A DNA stretch of 63,968 bases, filler included, from Octopus bimaculoides (lineage: Eukaryota): NCBI RefSeq assembly GCF_001194135.2. It is 8 parts of 8 records of this genome, joined end to end, with 100 filler letters (N's around TTAATTAATTAA, not from the genome) between each part and the next. Parts side by side here need not be neighbours in the genome. Positions count along the whole stretch, not along the records: positions 62,872 to 63,968 come from NC_069007.1; 7 more parts are not named here. The stretch is one strand, 5' to 3'. Position 1 is the stretch's first letter. Each line of letters opens with the position of its first letter. The notes beneath the pieces were generated by a model, which was not told where the DNA came from, made no database searches, and saw nothing but the letters and a program-made list of their open reading frames with translations. Positions 62,908-63,968 of the stretch are shown here, piece by piece. The position numbers and the translations under genes are program-made.

Positions 62908-63850
62908 AACTTTTGTATGTGGAAGGTGCACAGGCATAATAAATGCTGAACATGTGTGGAAAATAGACTCCATCAACTGCAAGGGGGTGGGGCAAGCTAG
63001 AGGTAGTAGATACGTTTCGGTATCTAGGCGACCACGTTAGTTGTGGAGGTGGATATTCCCAAAGCATAGCTGTGAGAATAAGATTAGGTTGGGCAAAGTT
63101 CAGAGAGCTTTGCTAGATGTGCAATGTCAGTGTGCATGTTTGACAGAGTGTAAGCATCTTGAGAGAAAAGTTAGGCATCAGATGCAGTGTGCAAGAAAGA
63201 TGACTGCGCTGGTATGGTCATATGATGCATATGGACAAGGACAGCGTGTAAAGAAGTGCTAGTCTTTAACTGTGGAGGGAATCTGTGGTAGAGGTAGACC
63301 CAGGAAGACATGGGACAAGTTGGTGAAGCATGATCTTTGAACTTGAACCTTACAGAGGCAATGACTAGTGACCGAGAACTTTGGTGATGTGCTCTGCTTA
63401 AGAAGACCCATCAATCCAAGTGCACTCTTGCTGGTGGCACGTAAAAAGTCAGTCTCTGAATGTTGGGCCTCATGGAGGCTGAGTGGCTGAGTTCCTTTCA
63501 CATGTTGGGCCTCACGGAAGCAAAGCAGCTGAGTTCCTTTCGAGTGTTGGGCTTCACGGAGGCAAAGACCTTTGGCATTATGTCATGCTTGAGAAGAAGA
63601 CCCATCAAGCCGAGCAAAATCGCAGTCGTGGCAGATACCGGTGCCACACAAACGGCAGCTGTGCCATTGGCACGTAAAAGGCACCCATTACATTCTCGGA
63701 GTGGTTGGCATTAGGAAGGGCATCTAGCTGTAGAAAACCATGCCAAATCAGACTGGAGCCTGGTGCAGCCTTCCAGTGTGCCAGCCCAGTCAAACTGTCC
63801 AACCCATGCCAGCATGGACAACGGATGTTAAATGGTTGAGGTTGAGGTTT
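62905..63850 (+). mobile_element. RTE-clade LINE 3' portion with internal deletion and modular 3' UTR
   Basis: KLEVVDTFRYLGDHVSCGGG..WAKFREL/(~150 bp missing relative to 12691-13028)/CNV..QSVSILREKLGIR..LRWYGH..GRGRPRKTW. The 3' UTR has three 42-bp units (63461, 63503, 63545) and ends CCAACCCATGCCAGCATGGA. Confidence 0.9.
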
Positions 63851-63968
63851 CAGATGTGATTTTTATTGATGAATGAACTGATCACATCATGAATAAAAAA
63901 AGCGTCTTCTTCAGGTGAATTAAAATTTAAAATCAAAAATTAGAAAAATATCAAGATATGAATGTGTG

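Noticed and set aside
718-63968. Most ORFs in the track (poly-YI, CV, HT, poly-H/D/M/L/S, X-filled)
   Set aside because: They are translations of di-, tri- and tetranucleotide microsatellites or of N gaps, with no domain signal.

Overview
AT-rich, microsatellite-dense animal (eukaryotic) genomic DNA with many N gaps. I recognise the SINE families as those of Octopus, from memory rather than a database search. I found no supportable host protein-coding exon, rRNA, intact tRNA or CRISPR array, so the window reads as intergenic or deep-intronic repeat landscape. It contains: many tRNA-headed SINEs of several families; fragments of RTE, R4/Dong-type (restriction-like endonuclease) and L2/CR1-group LINEs; several Penelope-like element (PLE) fragments; a one-ended Tc1 transposon; a decayed hAT transposase; small MITEs; Helitron-like non-autonomous elements; a solo LTR; and a decayed tRNA-Leu gene. 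Seven 100-bp gaps carry a synthetic TTAATTAATTAA spacer, so adjacency across them is unreliable. Almost all ORFs in the supplied track are translations of microsatellites or N runs. The best lead is at 57.24-57.61 kb (minus strand): an uninterrupted frame in which a hydrophobic leader ending in a 2A/StopGo-like motif (SVEPNPG|P) is fused to a PLE-type N-terminal domain. Other leads are two degenerate minimal hammerhead ribozyme motifs in PLE-type terminal sequence, a PLE with an exact 266-bp partial tandem, and a palindromic element carrying telomere-type repeats.
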